A stretch of 64,000 nucleotides of DNA from a virus: the IMG/VR virus record IMGVR_UViG_3300032397_000008, positions 1 to 64,000 of that record; one strand, 5' to 3'. Of this stretch, positions 28,888 through 38,047 are shown one piece after another. The position numbers were made by a program, and so were the translations under genes. Each line of letters begins with the position of its first letter. Position 1 is the stretch's first letter. The notes under the pieces were generated by a model, which saw nothing but the letters and a program-made list of their open reading frames with translations, was not told the origin of the DNA and searched no databases.

Positions 28888-28980
28888 GGTGACTCCTCTC
28901 CATCTCCCCGCTTCAGATGGGTCTTCAATGTCTCGATGAAGTCGTCTAAAAACAACATCGACCGATTGGAGGAGTCACCA
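28888..28980 (+). ncRNA. tRNA-like RNA with non-canonical arms
   Basis: GACTCCTC/GAGGAGTC-ACCA end and three internal hairpins. Confidence 0.5.
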
Positions 28981-28986
28981 CTTTCT

Positions 28987-29063
28987 GCTCCCGTGGCCGA
29001 ACAGACTTAGGCAGCGATTTTCTAAGTCGCCTTATGCAGGTGCAACTCCTGTCGGGAGTACCA
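28987..29063 (+). tRNA. tRNA-Arg(TCT)
   Basis: Cloverleaf, CCA. Confidence 0.9.
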
Positions 29064-29082
29064 TTTTCGTGACTGTGAGCGA

Positions 29083-29170
29083 GGATAGCTAAACGGACAA
29101 GCGTGCCGTCACCGCCTTGAAAGCGGCAGGGACCTTCGGGTCTGGGGGGCAGTACCTCAACTATCCGCCA
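29083..29170 (+). tRNA. tRNA-Ser(TGA)
   Basis: Long variable arm, G73, CCA. Confidence 0.8.
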
Positions 29171-29207
29171 CTTTGCGTTTCGACGCTGTCCACTCGTATA
29201 CACCGTT

Positions 29208-29243
29208 GTGGTGGTCGCTGTTCAAGCCAGTGACCGATGCCAC
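29208..29243 (+). repeat. Dispersed 36-nt hairpin repeat, copy 1
   Basis: GTGGTGGTCGCTGTTCAAGCCAGTGACCGATGCCAC. Confidence 0.95.
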
Positions 29244-29260
29244 TGTTCTTAGTAGTAGGC

Positions 29261-29965
29261 ATGTCAAATGTACCACGAATACGTTCCTTGGAGATTGCGA
29301 TCACTTACGTTTGCAATGTCAAGTGTCATAACTGTAATTCCCTTTGTACCCAGGCACCTGTCAAACAGTCTACAGACATGACCGTCGATCAAGTGAGGAG
29401 GTTTGTGGACGAATCCGTGGCATGTAGCTACCCCTGGGAGCGACTTCTTCTATTTGGAGGTGAACCCACCCTCCATCCAAACTTCTTAGATATCTGTACC
29501 CTATTATATGATTACCGTCTACAACACAATCGCCGCGTGAGCTTGATATGTTGTTCCAACGGATCGAATCCTGGCAAGGTAGATGCCGCCGTAAAGATGG
29601 GATTTGAACCTCATGTGTCAGTCAAGCTCAAAACCAACTATCCTTGGTCGTACGAACCGGTAAACATCAGCCCGGTTGATCGAGGCATAAAAGGCACACC
29701 CGGGTGTCACTGGTCGTATGATTGTGGTATTGGAATGAACACTTTGGGGTTTTGGCCGTGTAGTCCAGCGGGTGCTGCTGCCCGTGTGTTTGGATACGCT
29801 GCTCCAGTGACTTCAGTTAAGGACATCACTGCTGAGCGTCTTATGACAATGTACTCGCATTGCGATCATTGCGGTGCTGGTTTGGTAAGTGAACCACGGG
29901 CTATGGAGCAGGTAAGTAGTCCTGAGTGGGTTGCCAAGCTTGACGCTTACAACAAGAGGATTTGA
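29261..29965 (+). CDS. Radical SAM protein
   Basis: CNVKCHNC, FGGEPTLHP, SNG. Confidence 0.9.
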   Translation: MSNVPRIRSLEIAITYVCNVKCHNCNSLCTQAPVKQSTDMTVDQVRRFVDESVACSYPWERLLLFGGEPTLHPNFLDICTLLYDYRLQHNRRVSLICCSNGSNPGKVDAAVKMGFEPHVSVKLKTNYPWSYEPVNISPVDRGIKGTPGCHWSYDCGIGMNTLGFWPCSPAGAAARVFGYAAPVTSVKDITAERLMTMYSHCDHCGAGLVSEPRAMEQVSSPEWVAKLDAYNKRI

Positions 29966-29983
29966 CAGGCCGAAGTGTGAGGG

Positions 29984-30550
29984 TTATCTAAAGCACAGTT
30001 TTTTTTCGTGTATCCAGGAGTTCCCCACAATTGTAGGAAATTCTCGTATAACATCGTGAACTGCCTGGCCTACGGCGGGACATCCGAAGTCGTGTCCACC
30101 AATGGTGCCACCCAAACGTACCAAAGGCAACCAGGATTTCAGATCAGTCACGACACTTGCGTAATCGTGACTACCATCAATGTAAACGAAGTCCAAACTT
30201 CCTGGAGTGTAGAGTTTGGCCGCTTCGACGGATGATAATCGAATTGGGTGTATGAAAGTGCTTACCGGCGCTGTGTGGTACAGGAACTCTTCGAACAGCG
30301 TGTTGTTTACAACAGATGGTACACTGGCGTGTTCGGCACTCCCCTTCCAGTGGTCTACGACATCAAACTTTATGTTCTTACCACTGTTGGCAATTTCGAC
30401 TGCCATGAAAGCCGTGCTCTTACCCATCCAGGCTCCGATTTCAACAAAGTGAGCTCCTCGCAGTGCTAATCGTACGGCCTTGCTGTAAACTTCTTGAAAG
30501 TCAAACCAGCCGGCGATGTTTTCGTAGAAGTGCTCCATACCCTGAATCAA
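29984..30550 (-). CDS. SAM-dependent methyltransferase (Methyltransf_24-like)
   Basis: VEIGAWMGKS, YIDGSHDY, GHD. Confidence 0.9.
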   Translation of the reverse strand: MIQGMEHFYENIAGWFDFQEVYSKAVRLALRGAHFVEIGAWMGKSTAFMAVEIANSGKNIKFDVVDHWKGSAEHASVPSVVNNTLFEEFLYHTAPVSTFIHPIRLSSVEAAKLYTPGSLDFVYIDGSHDYASVVTDLKSWLPLVRLGGTIGGHDFGCPAVGQAVHDVIREFPTIVGNSWIHEKKLCFR

Positions 30551-30921
30551 TGTTTTGGCGGAGATGGCTTACTACGCTCTTCCTTTAACACTTCGAAGAA
30601 GTACCCCATCACGTTGAACATGACACCAGCCAGGGCATCGTGCATAGTTTCACGGCCGGGAAGGTTGTTGTGAATAGACCACCAGTCCATGAAGTGACGC
30701 CAGGCACTTTTCATGTAAACATCCTTAGGTATGCCTTTTTTCCAATTGTCCGAGGGACGCAACGAGCCGTTCGACTGGACTCGGTGCTTGTTCATGTACT
30801 CGACAAATGCCTTAAGAACTTCGGGTGAAAGGAACCCCTCGTAATCTAATTTGCCAGCTTCCGTGTCACGAGTCGCTCCAGTTTTGAATTGGCGAATTTT
30901 TTTAGGGAGTTGAGCGGCCAC
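30547..30921 (-). CDS. dATP/dGTP diphosphohydrolase-like protein (DUF5664 family)
   Basis: FKTGATRD..GKLDY, DNWKKGIP, SAWRH. Confidence 0.75.
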   Translation of the reverse strand: MAAQLPKKIRQFKTGATRDTEAGKLDYEGFLSPEVLKAFVEYMNKHRVQSNGSLRPSDNWKKGIPKDVYMKSAWRHFMDWWSIHNNLPGRETMHDALAGVMFNVMGYFFEVLKEERSKPSPPKH

Positions 30922-30940
30922 ACAATAAAGAACACAATTT

Positions 30941-31030
30941 GGCGGAAGTCCGGTATACACGAGGACACCGATTCGAAATCGGCTGCGGTTTTGTAGACCG
31001 TCGTGGGTGGAATTCCCATTTCCGCCGCCA
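30941..31030 (+). tRNA. tRNA-Ser(CGA)
   Basis: Long variable arm, G73, CCA. Confidence 0.85.
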
Positions 31031-31063
31031 TTTTGCGTTCTATACCGTAGTTAGAGCAAGACT

Positions 31064-31660
31064 GTGTCTATGAAGGTGTGCCCAAAGTGTAGAAAATCGT
31101 TTCCTCACGCTATTAAAGTGGATGGCAGGTGGAAGAGTTCGAACCGGCGGTATTGTTGGGCTTGCTCACCTACCGGGTGTGTTGCAGGCAGGATTCCTGG
31201 GAAGGTTTGTAAAGGATGTGGTAGTCACTTTACTTCGAGTGCTAGTAAGCGGCTGTACTGCCTTGTTTGCTCTCCTATTGGGTTCAAAGGAGGGAAACAT
31301 CCTCACGAAAAAGGAGCGGAGCGAATCTGTTCGACTTGCAAGCGGCTTTACTCCTATTTTCCTAGCAAAGGGCACAGCTGGATTCAATGCAATTCATGTG
31401 TGGTCAATGGAAGACGAGAAAGGGTGCGGGATCGTGCGGTGGATTGTAAAGGGGGTAGGTGCATAATCTGCGGATACTCAAAACGGTGCCGGTCTTTACA
31501 TTTTCACCATGTAGACCCAACTCAAAAAGACTTCTGTGTAAACGGCGCTGTCGCAGCACTATCGTGGAAAAAGATCAAGCTGGAACTAGATAAATGCGTG
31601 TTGCTGTGCGCAAACTGCCATGGTGAGGTTCACGATGGGCTAGCGACTTTCGTCAGTTAG
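31064..31660 (+). CDS. HNH-like endonuclease with zinc ribbons
   Basis: KGGRCIICGY, LHFHH, LCANCHGEVH. Confidence 0.85.
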   Translation: MSMKVCPKCRKSFPHAIKVDGRWKSSNRRYCWACSPTGCVAGRIPGKVCKGCGSHFTSSASKRLYCLVCSPIGFKGGKHPHEKGAERICSTCKRLYSYFPSKGHSWIQCNSCVVNGRRERVRDRAVDCKGGRCIICGYSKRCRSLHFHHVDPTQKDFCVNGAVAALSWKKIKLELDKCVLLCANCHGEVHDGLATFVS

Positions 31661-31724
31661 CTTAATAGAAAAGCACTCGGCTGATAACCGAGCGACGCCG
31701 GAGCGTTACCGGCACTGACGACCA
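31651..31724 (+). tRNA. tRNA-Ile(GAT)
   Basis: Cloverleaf, CCA. Confidence 0.9.
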
Positions 31725-31734
31725 CTTTTTAAAT

Positions 31735-31809
31735 GCCAGCATAGCTCAGGAGTAGAGCGGCTGCTTGAAGCGCAGTGCGTCGAGGGTGCGATCCCTTCTG
31801 CTGGCACCA
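31735..31809 (+). tRNA. tRNA-Phe(GAA)
   Basis: Cloverleaf, CCA. Confidence 0.9.
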
Positions 31810-31815
31810 CTTTAC

Positions 31816-31892
31816 GGGGCCATCGTCTAGTAGCCTAGGATACCGCCCTTTCAAGGCGAAGATCGTGAGTGCGAATCTCACTGGCCCTACCA
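31816..31892 (+). tRNA. tRNA-Glu(TTC)
   Basis: Cloverleaf, CCA. Confidence 0.9.
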
Positions 31893-31967
31893 ATGACAAA
31901 TAGGTAGACAATGAGATCGTCCATGCCGTCGTCGTGGGCATCGTCCGAGAATCCGTTCTTGGGTCGT

Positions 31968-32912
31968 ATGGGAGTAGTTAAATCAAACTCACGTATGCCT
32001 AAGAAACCAACCGAGATCACCAACATTGTCACTATATCAGACAGCCATTTTGGATCAACCCTCGGTCTATGCTCTCCAAAAGTTCGTTTGGACGACGGCG
32101 GTTGGTACACTGCTTCTCCGGTCCAGGAGAAGATATGGGGCTTTTGGAAAGATTTCTGGAAGTGGACTTTCAACCTCATTGGAGATGAACCTTTTGCGCT
32201 CGTTCACAACGGCGACATCGTAGACGGAGACCACCACGGCACCACCGCACTGTTCAGTCACAACTTGAAAGATCAGGAGAACTTGGCAGTGAAGGTCATG
32301 AGCCCTATTGTGGAGCGTGCGGCGCTTTATTTTCAGATTCGTGGCACTGAGGCTCACGTCGGTCAGAGTGCTTCGTTTGAAGAGAGAGTTGCGGAACGAT
32401 TAGGTGCTGTCGTAGACGAAGAGACGGGTCAACACTCTCGTTGGGAGCTGTGCGTTGAACTCGGCCACGAGATCATTCACTTTAGCCATCACATCGGGAC
32501 GACCAGCTCGGTTGCCTACGAGTCGAGTGCTCTCATGCGGGAGATTGCTGCGACGTTTATGGAAGCAGGGCAATGGGGGCAGCGTCCACCAACTGTTTTG
32601 GTGCGTAGTCACAGGCATCGTTATTGTGAGGTCAAACCTCCCAATTGCCGTATTTTGGTCACCCCTGGGTGGCAAGGTAAAACAAGTTTCGTGTTTAAGA
32701 TGGACCGTATGCGCATGCCTCAGTTTGGTGGCGTTATCATCCGTCTGAACGACAATGGAAAAGGTGTGCACGCCCGAGAGCGTGTTTACACTCTTAGCCG
32801 TTCGCAACCTGTCAATTTTGACAAAGCTATCAATGGAAAAAAGCACAATGAAAATTCTCAAAAAAACCGCTCCGTGCGCAGCGCTTGGGAACTCCCAGAC
32901 ACCACCGAGTGA
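31968..32912 (+). CDS. Calcineurin-like metallophosphoesterase
   Basis: SDSHFG, NGDIVDG, SHRH. Confidence 0.8.
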   Translation: MGVVKSNSRMPKKPTEITNIVTISDSHFGSTLGLCSPKVRLDDGGWYTASPVQEKIWGFWKDFWKWTFNLIGDEPFALVHNGDIVDGDHHGTTALFSHNLKDQENLAVKVMSPIVERAALYFQIRGTEAHVGQSASFEERVAERLGAVVDEETGQHSRWELCVELGHEIIHFSHHIGTTSSVAYESSALMREIAATFMEAGQWGQRPPTVLVRSHRHRYCEVKPPNCRILVTPGWQGKTSFVFKMDRMRMPQFGGVIIRLNDNGKGVHARERVYTLSRSQPVNFDKAINGKKHNENSQKNRSVRSAWELPDTTE

Positions 32913-33162
32913 TGCCCCAGCGCCCTTGACTGTCAACGAGTGGCTTACCGCTTATTTGGAAGTCGTGGCTGACAAGGAAGAGCAAGTTCCAAAGGGATAC
33001 CTGCCCCGTGGGGAGCTTGCCAAAAAGATGGGATGCGGCATAGCGACGGCTAGCGAACGTGGTAACGTATTGTATCGTGCGGGCAGGGCGGATCGTATCG
33101 AACTCCGTCGTCTGATCGGCGGTAGAATCAGAATAGTTCCTTACTTCAAGTTGCATTGTTGA
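32833..33162 (+). CDS. Small hypothetical protein (possible HTH)
   Basis: RGELAKKMGCGIATASER; start uncertain. Confidence 0.55.
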   Translation: MEKSTMKILKKTAPCAALGNSQTPPSDAPAPLTVNEWLTAYLEVVADKEEQVPKGYLPRGELAKKMGCGIATASERGNVLYRAGRADRIELRRLIGGRIRIVPYFKLHC

Positions 33163-33164
33163 GT

Positions 33165-33239
33165 GGCCCGTTCGTCTACCGGCTAGGATCACAGATTCTC
33201 AATTTGTGGAAAGGGGATCGACACCCCTACGGGCTACCA
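33165..33239 (+). tRNA. tRNA-Glu(CTC)
   Basis: Cloverleaf, CCA. Confidence 0.9.
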
Positions 33240-33244
33240 ATTTT

Positions 33245-33321
33245 GGGGCTAAGGTGTAATAGAACTGCACGTCTCTCTGCGAAAGAGAAGGTTCTCGGTG
33301 CGATTCCGAGTAGCCCTACCA
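33245..33321 (+). tRNA. tRNA-Arg(GCG)
   Basis: TCTCT-CTGCGAA-AGAGA, CCA. Confidence 0.85.
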
Positions 33322-33349
33322 CTTTTTGACCATCGTTGTAGTTAAGATA

Positions 33350-33465
33350 CGGCGGTGGTGAGATGACCGGGCTGACGCCCTTTGCGGGTTTCTTGCTTTT
33401 CCCGCAACGTCGGATCACCTTTGTCGGTGCGGCGGATTTTCTCCTTTCCCGCCCACTGGACGCCG
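33350..33465 (+). ncRNA. Unassigned small RNA with pyrimidine-rich loops
   Basis: CGGCG/CGCCG ends, three hairpins, GTAGTTA motif directly upstream. Confidence 0.5.
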
Positions 33466-33472
33466 TTTTCCT

Positions 33473-33548
33473 GCTCTTGTGGCGCAATAGACAGCGCAGC
33501 GCTCTCCTAAAGCGAAGGTTGTGAGTGCAACTCTCACCAAGAGTACCA
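33473..33548 (+). tRNA. tRNA-Arg(CCT)
   Basis: Cloverleaf, CCA. Confidence 0.9.
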
Positions 33549-33549
33549 T

Positions 33550-33623
33550 GCCCGGTTAGCACAGAAGCAGTGCACCAATCCTACACATTGGCTAAGCTGG
33601 AGCGTTACCAGCACCGGGTACCA
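33550..33623 (+). tRNA. tRNA-Val(TAC)
   Basis: Cloverleaf, CCA. Confidence 0.85.
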
Positions 33624-33627
33624 TTTT

Positions 33628-33703
33628 GCCCCCGAAGCATATAAAGTGATGCGTCGGTTTCGTAAACCGAAGAATGCAGGGCAGTACTGCACTGGGGGCT
33701 CCA
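33628..33703 (+). tRNA. tRNA-Thr(CGT)
   Basis: Cloverleaf, CCA. Confidence 0.85.
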
Positions 33704-33720
33704 TTTCAGTTCTCTGTACT

Positions 33721-34395
33721 GTGATCATCAATCTCAGCCCATCCGAACGACGTCACTGTTATGAGTACGCAGAAAAGTGGATGACCGTAGACGGCGGCCG
33801 GCACTATAACCGGCGTGAGAGCACTTCCACGAAAAAGCGAGTCACAGACCAGTGTATCGGCAAAGCAGGTGAGGTGGCAGTCTCCAAGTTTTTACAAGGA
33901 GAAGGGTTGCGTGTTACCGGCCCAGACTTCGAAGTTTACACTCCAGCTGGTAAATCGTGGAAACAAGACTTGGTGGTACATTTTGATGATCATGACGAAA
34001 ATCCCCATGTGAAGTCTCAAAGCTTATCTGCTGTTAAGATATATGGTATAGTGGGGTGGGTTTTTCAGTATGCTGATGACTATGGTAACGCCGAGGGTAG
34101 TCATAGGGACTGGCACATTTTTGGGTCAGGGTACCCTGTTCAGTTAAACGGGAATGACTTACGCCAAGTGCCTGAGGGTGTGAACGGAGACGAGAAGATA
34201 TTTTGCTGTTCTGTTCTCGATGACATTAGCCAAGTGTGCCTTCGTGCGCACGTCTCGCTTCGTGCTCTGTACGCCCATGCTCTGTTCAGGCTACCGGAGA
34301 AGAACGACATCAAGCTGTCCAAACGGGTGATTCATTTTTCAGCGTTGAGGCGGGTTAACGATCCAGAGATCGAAATATCCGGTCAACAATGGTAA
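33721..34395 (+). CDS. Hypothetical protein, possible PD-(D/E)xK nuclease-like fold
   Basis: GKAGEVAV...QDL...HVKS. Confidence 0.55.
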   Translation: MIINLSPSERRHCYEYAEKWMTVDGGRHYNRRESTSTKKRVTDQCIGKAGEVAVSKFLQGEGLRVTGPDFEVYTPAGKSWKQDLVVHFDDHDENPHVKSQSLSAVKIYGIVGWVFQYADDYGNAEGSHRDWHIFGSGYPVQLNGNDLRQVPEGVNGDEKIFCCSVLDDISQVCLRAHVSLRALYAHALFRLPEKNDIKLSKRVIHFSALRRVNDPEIEISGQQW

Positions 34396-34435
34396 GTGGC
34401 CGATAACGGTACTCAAATTTTCCGTTCTTCGGAGT

Positions 34436-35365
34436 ATGGTGTCCACCACGCTGCGCACAAAACTAACCCCTGTCCGGTATCCAGGTGGGAAGTCTAATGC
34501 ACTTCCTTTTCTGAAGGAATACTTGCCGGTCGACTATGCTGAATGGAGGGAACCTTTCTTCGGTGGCGGTTCTGTGGGTCTCTTTCAAATGCAGCGTAAC
34601 AAGACTGCCACCTATTGGATAAACGATTTGTTCTATCCCGTTTACTGCTTCTGGAATATCGTCTATCACAATCCCGAGGCAATGGTTGTTACCCTGTTGG
34701 AGGGCAAGCGAGCATTCCCGAACAAGGAAGAAGGAAGGGCATTGCATAAGGACATGCGTACACGTATCATCGAGTACATTAACGCTCAGGATGAACTTAG
34801 CACTGCCTGTGCTTGGTACGTACTGAACAAGACCTCTTATTCCGGATTGGCGATGGCAGGATCATACGCTCCGCTCGCTTGGGATCAGAATTTTACCGAG
34901 AACTGTATTATTCGACTGCCTAGAATCAGTCTTCTAATGCATTCTGTGCGGTCGGTCAAGATTACGAATTTGGATTATACTGAGTTGTTGAGTAACACTG
35001 GAGAGAATGTGTTTGTGTTTTTAGACCCGCCCTACGCGATTCGTCACAACCTTTACGGTGATGTCCAGGGTGCGATGCACCGAAATTTTAACCACGAAGA
35101 GTTCGCTTTGGCCATCCAAGCGTGTCAGCATCGGTGGACTATCACCTACAACGCCAGCCAGGAGATCAAAGATAGATTTTCCAAGTACCAGCAGCGCGAG
35201 TGGCAGCTAACGTATACAATGAAAGCAGCGAAACGATTAGAAGGGGATAGAGCAAAAGTCAAAGGGGTGGGTGGTGCCAGGCAGAGTGATAAGACTGGTA
35301 AGTGCGGTAAAGAACTGCTTGTTTGGAACTGGGAAGGGGAAACTTACCCCGTAGTTAAAGCATGA
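34436..35365 (+). CDS. dam: DNA adenine methyltransferase (Dam/D12 class)
   Basis: RYPGGKS, EPFFGGGSV, FLDPPY. Confidence 0.9.
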   Translation: MVSTTLRTKLTPVRYPGGKSNALPFLKEYLPVDYAEWREPFFGGGSVGLFQMQRNKTATYWINDLFYPVYCFWNIVYHNPEAMVVTLLEGKRAFPNKEEGRALHKDMRTRIIEYINAQDELSTACAWYVLNKTSYSGLAMAGSYAPLAWDQNFTENCIIRLPRISLLMHSVRSVKITNLDYTELLSNTGENVFVFLDPPYAIRHNLYGDVQGAMHRNFNHEEFALAIQACQHRWTITYNASQEIKDRFSKYQQREWQLTYTMKAAKRLEGDRAKVKGVGGARQSDKTGKCGKELLVWNWEGETYPVVKA

Positions 35366-35643
35366 CCAGAGCGCAGACCGTTGTAAACATCTTGTTGGAA
35401 GACGATGCACCAACAATTCCAGTCCGTCAACAGGAACCCTATGAAGTCGTTAGGGTGTGTGCAATGTGCGAGCAAGAAAAGGGTAGAGCAGTGATAGGTC
35501 CTGGTCAAAAACCTTCTCATGGGTTGTGCCCTCGTCATTATCAGGAGGCTGCAAAGGAGTACGGTATTTCGCCTGATCGAGTACAGAAAGTTCTTGATTT
35601 GGAAGCCAGTAAACCGCCTTTTTGGCATGACACGCCTAGATGA
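35362..35643 (+). CDS. Small zinc-binding hypothetical protein
   Basis: CAMC...SHGLCPRH; GTAGTTA motif upstream. Confidence 0.65.
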   Translation: MTRAQTVVNILLEDDAPTIPVRQQEPYEVVRVCAMCEQEKGRAVIGPGQKPSHGLCPRHYQEAAKEYGISPDRVQKVLDLEASKPPFWHDTPR

Positions 35644-35647
35644 TTTT

Positions 35648-35721
35648 GCGCCATTAGCATAAAAGTAATGTGCTAGTCTTCCAAACTAGCGAAGTCGGAG
35701 CATTACCGACATGGCGCTCCA
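35648..35721 (+). tRNA. tRNA-Gly(TCC)
   Basis: Cloverleaf, CCA. Confidence 0.9.
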
Positions 35722-35726
35722 ATTTT

Positions 35727-35800
35727 GCCCTTGTAGTACAAAAGCAGTATGCGTGCATGGTAAGCACGAGATGACGGGGCAGTACCGTCCTAGGGCTCCA
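35727..35800 (+). tRNA. tRNA-Thr(GGT)
   Basis: Cloverleaf, CCA. Confidence 0.85.
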
Positions 35801-35869
35801 TATTTTGTTCTTGACGACGTTTTCCAGGTGTGATTTACTGGGCACGTTCTTTGAGATTTTGTATGGAAT

Positions 35870-36306
35870 GGGGGCGTTACGGAATCGACTGACTGAACGA
35901 ACCCGAATGCGACATGCCAAGGATGATCGTTGGCCTTGTAAAATCCCGATCAAAAGTCAAATGCTAAACACATATCTGACTCCCTGGTGAACGGTCTTAG
36001 GACCGCCTGGGCTCGAATCGTCGATCGTGCGGGTGCATTGATCGATGCAATTCGTAGCACTGCGGAACCGACCTTCGCCTCGATGGCGGCGTAAGCTACC
36101 ACGTCCAACTCCCGATGTCTGCTGAGGAGAATGGGCGAAAACAGCAGGCAAAACAACAGCACTCGTAAGAGCTGATAATCTTCCGATAGGTGCCAGCAGA
36201 TGCCAGGTGGCTAGGGTGAGCACCGAAGTAAACACCTGGAGAAGCATGTGTAAGCGTCGGTAAGTGCAGTTAGGACGCGAGGTTCGAATCCTCGCCGCCT
36301 CCACCA
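35870..36306 (+). ncRNA. ssrA: tmRNA
   Basis: GGGGGCG/CGCCTCC-ACCA with G3:U, GGAATCGAC, GGTTCGAATCC T-arm, internal frame ending ...MAA-stop. Confidence 0.93.
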
Positions 36307-36475
36307 CTTTTGGATACTTAAGCACGGTCAGGGGGCTGAAGGGTCGCACAGGATTCTTCAGCTTTATCGACTCGTCCTTATGCCTGCCCGTTCTGTGATC
36401 TTGGTGGGCAGTCTGGATGTGCCGTGCGTCGCAGTGATTCTCAGGTAGACGTGCTTGGGCCGCACTGCGACACCC

Positions 36476-36547
36476 GCCAGCAGGTCAAGTGACCGATGGT
36501 GTCTCATAAGCACTGTCAGGCAGGAGCGTTACCTGCTACTGGCACCA
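36476..36547 (+). tRNA. tRNA-Met/Ile2(CAT)
   Basis: CTCATAA loop, short D-arm, CCA. Confidence 0.8.
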
Positions 36548-36554
36548 ATTTCAT

Positions 36555-36629
36555 GGGCTGCAAGCTTTGCAAGCGAAGCATCTGGCTCTTACCCAGAAGA
36601 ACCCGGAGCATTACCGGGGCGGCTCACCA
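36555..36629 (+). tRNA. tRNA-Lys(CTT)
   Basis: Cloverleaf, CCA. Confidence 0.85.
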
Positions 36630-36742
36630 ATTTACCGTGTCTCTCGCCGAGCGGTGGCAGCGGACGTTGTGCCAAAGCCGAAGCAGCAGCGGGCGTACAA
36701 GGCTGCATCAGTGGTCTACGCTGCTGGCATGGTAATCCATTT

Positions 36743-36814
36743 GCCGATACCTCCAGCGAGGGATCGAGTTCTGTAAACTTGGTCAGGTCGGGGCAGCACC
36801 GACTTTCGGCTCCA
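36743..36814 (+). tRNA. tRNA-Thr(TGT)
   Basis: CGAGT-TCTGTAA-ACTTG, short D-arm, CCA. Confidence 0.75.
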
Positions 36815-36815
36815 C

Positions 36816-36889
36816 GGGCCGATAGGCTAGGAGCAAACTGCGTCTCTCACACAGACGATTCCCTGGTGCGATTCCAGGTCGGCCCACCA
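36816..36889 (+). tRNA. tRNA-Val(CAC)
   Basis: CGTCT-CTCACAC-AGACG, CCA. Confidence 0.8.
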
Positions 36890-36890
36890 C

Positions 36891-37082
36891 TTACTCAGCA
36901 GGAGGGAGAGGGACCTTGCTTGTCCAGGGGTCTTCGACAACCTTGATTTCAACAACGGACCCGCCAGTTGCTTGCTCGATTTTCGCTTCTAGTTCAGCGC
37001 AGAGGGAGTATTTGTCGGCGGGGGTGACTCGATCTGCCATTCCAGCTTGCGGTGCGAACTCCAGTGTCAACCTGACCTTCAT
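36891..37082 (-). CDS. Small hypothetical protein
   Basis: Last of three co-oriented ORFs. Confidence 0.5.
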   Translation of the reverse strand: MKVRLTLEFAPQAGMADRVTPADKYSLCAELEAKIEQATGGSVVEIKVVEDPWTSKVPLPPAE

Positions 37083-37117
37083 GCTTACTCCTTGGGTGGC
37101 CTTGGGACTTTTGATTT

Positions 37118-37309
37118 TCAAGCGTTGAGAGCGGGGTGCTCTGGCAGCATGGACGCTAGTTTTTGGGCATCTTTCCCCTGAATTACCATGATGACGTTTA
37201 CATCGTGCCCCGTAATCAATACCGTGCCATCAGCCAGCCGTGAGAATCCGAATGGGCGAGTTGCCGGGATGTTACCACCGTATTGTTTAGCTGCCTCTTT
37301 CCAGTTCAT
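37118..37309 (-). CDS. Small hypothetical protein
   Basis: Starts 2 nt after the upstream stop. Confidence 0.55.
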   Translation of the reverse strand: MNWKEAAKQYGGNIPATRPFGFSRLADGTVLITGHDVNVIMVIQGKDAQKLASMLPEHPALNA

Positions 37310-37311
37310 AT

Positions 37312-37950
37312 TTACTCCTTGGGAGGTTTCGGAACTTTGCTCACCCAGGTAAGCTTTTCACTGCTACCTTTTGGTTTGCGGGTGGTTGGATAATACTTAG
37401 GATTTTCTTTGACGTGGTCACTTGCTATCTTGGATGCCTTTCTAGGGTCCTCAGTATGTTCCTTTTCAATCTTGGTTCCGATCGTCATCTGTTGTTTTTT
37501 GGATTCAACCCGACGATCCATTCGTAATTCTTTGCCGGGTGGCATGAATCCGGTAAGGTGACGGGTACGGCGGGCGCTGGGAGATAGTTCTGCGGAACCA
37601 GGGTTTATCGGTATTTCTTCCTCTTCGGGTTCGAGCGCTGGAAAAGTGCATTCAATTTCCGGTGGGGTTGGTGCTTCTGGCACTTCCGGTTCGCCCGGCA
37701 GCATGCCTTGGGTCCCGTCTCCAGCGAGTGAGTCACCCGTAGGAGGGCCGATCATGAGTCCATGGGTGCGGCTGGCTGCTACTTTGCGACTGATATTCCG
37801 CGGCGGGATCATCATTCCAACGGTGTCTCCGAATGAATTTCCAGTGCCGGTATCGGATGGCAGTCCCATTGCTTCGTCTATGCTTGGTTTCGGTACCATG
37901 CTTACAGCAATTTCACGAGGCGAGAAATCGTTAAAAGGATAGTCATTCAT
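37312..37950 (-). CDS. Protein with DUF5661-like C-terminal domain
   Basis: GTKIEKEHT...ASKIASDHVKENPKYY. Confidence 0.7.
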   Translation of the reverse strand: MNDYPFNDFSPREIAVSMVPKPSIDEAMGLPSDTGTGNSFGDTVGMMIPPRNISRKVAASRTHGLMIGPPTGDSLAGDGTQGMLPGEPEVPEAPTPPEIECTFPALEPEEEEIPINPGSAELSPSARRTRHLTGFMPPGKELRMDRRVESKKQQMTIGTKIEKEHTEDPRKASKIASDHVKENPKYYPTTRKPKGSSEKLTWVSKVPKPPKE

Positions 37951-37967
37951 GCCTTAACTACTCTCTT

Positions 37968-38041
37968 GGGGTGCTAGTTTAACAGCAGAATGCTCGATTG
38001 ACGTTCGAGCGATATCGGTGCGATTCCGGTGCGCCCTACCA
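37968..38041 (+). tRNA. tRNA-Val(GAC)
   Basis: Cloverleaf, CCA. Confidence 0.85.
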
Positions 38042-38047
38042 TTTTTT

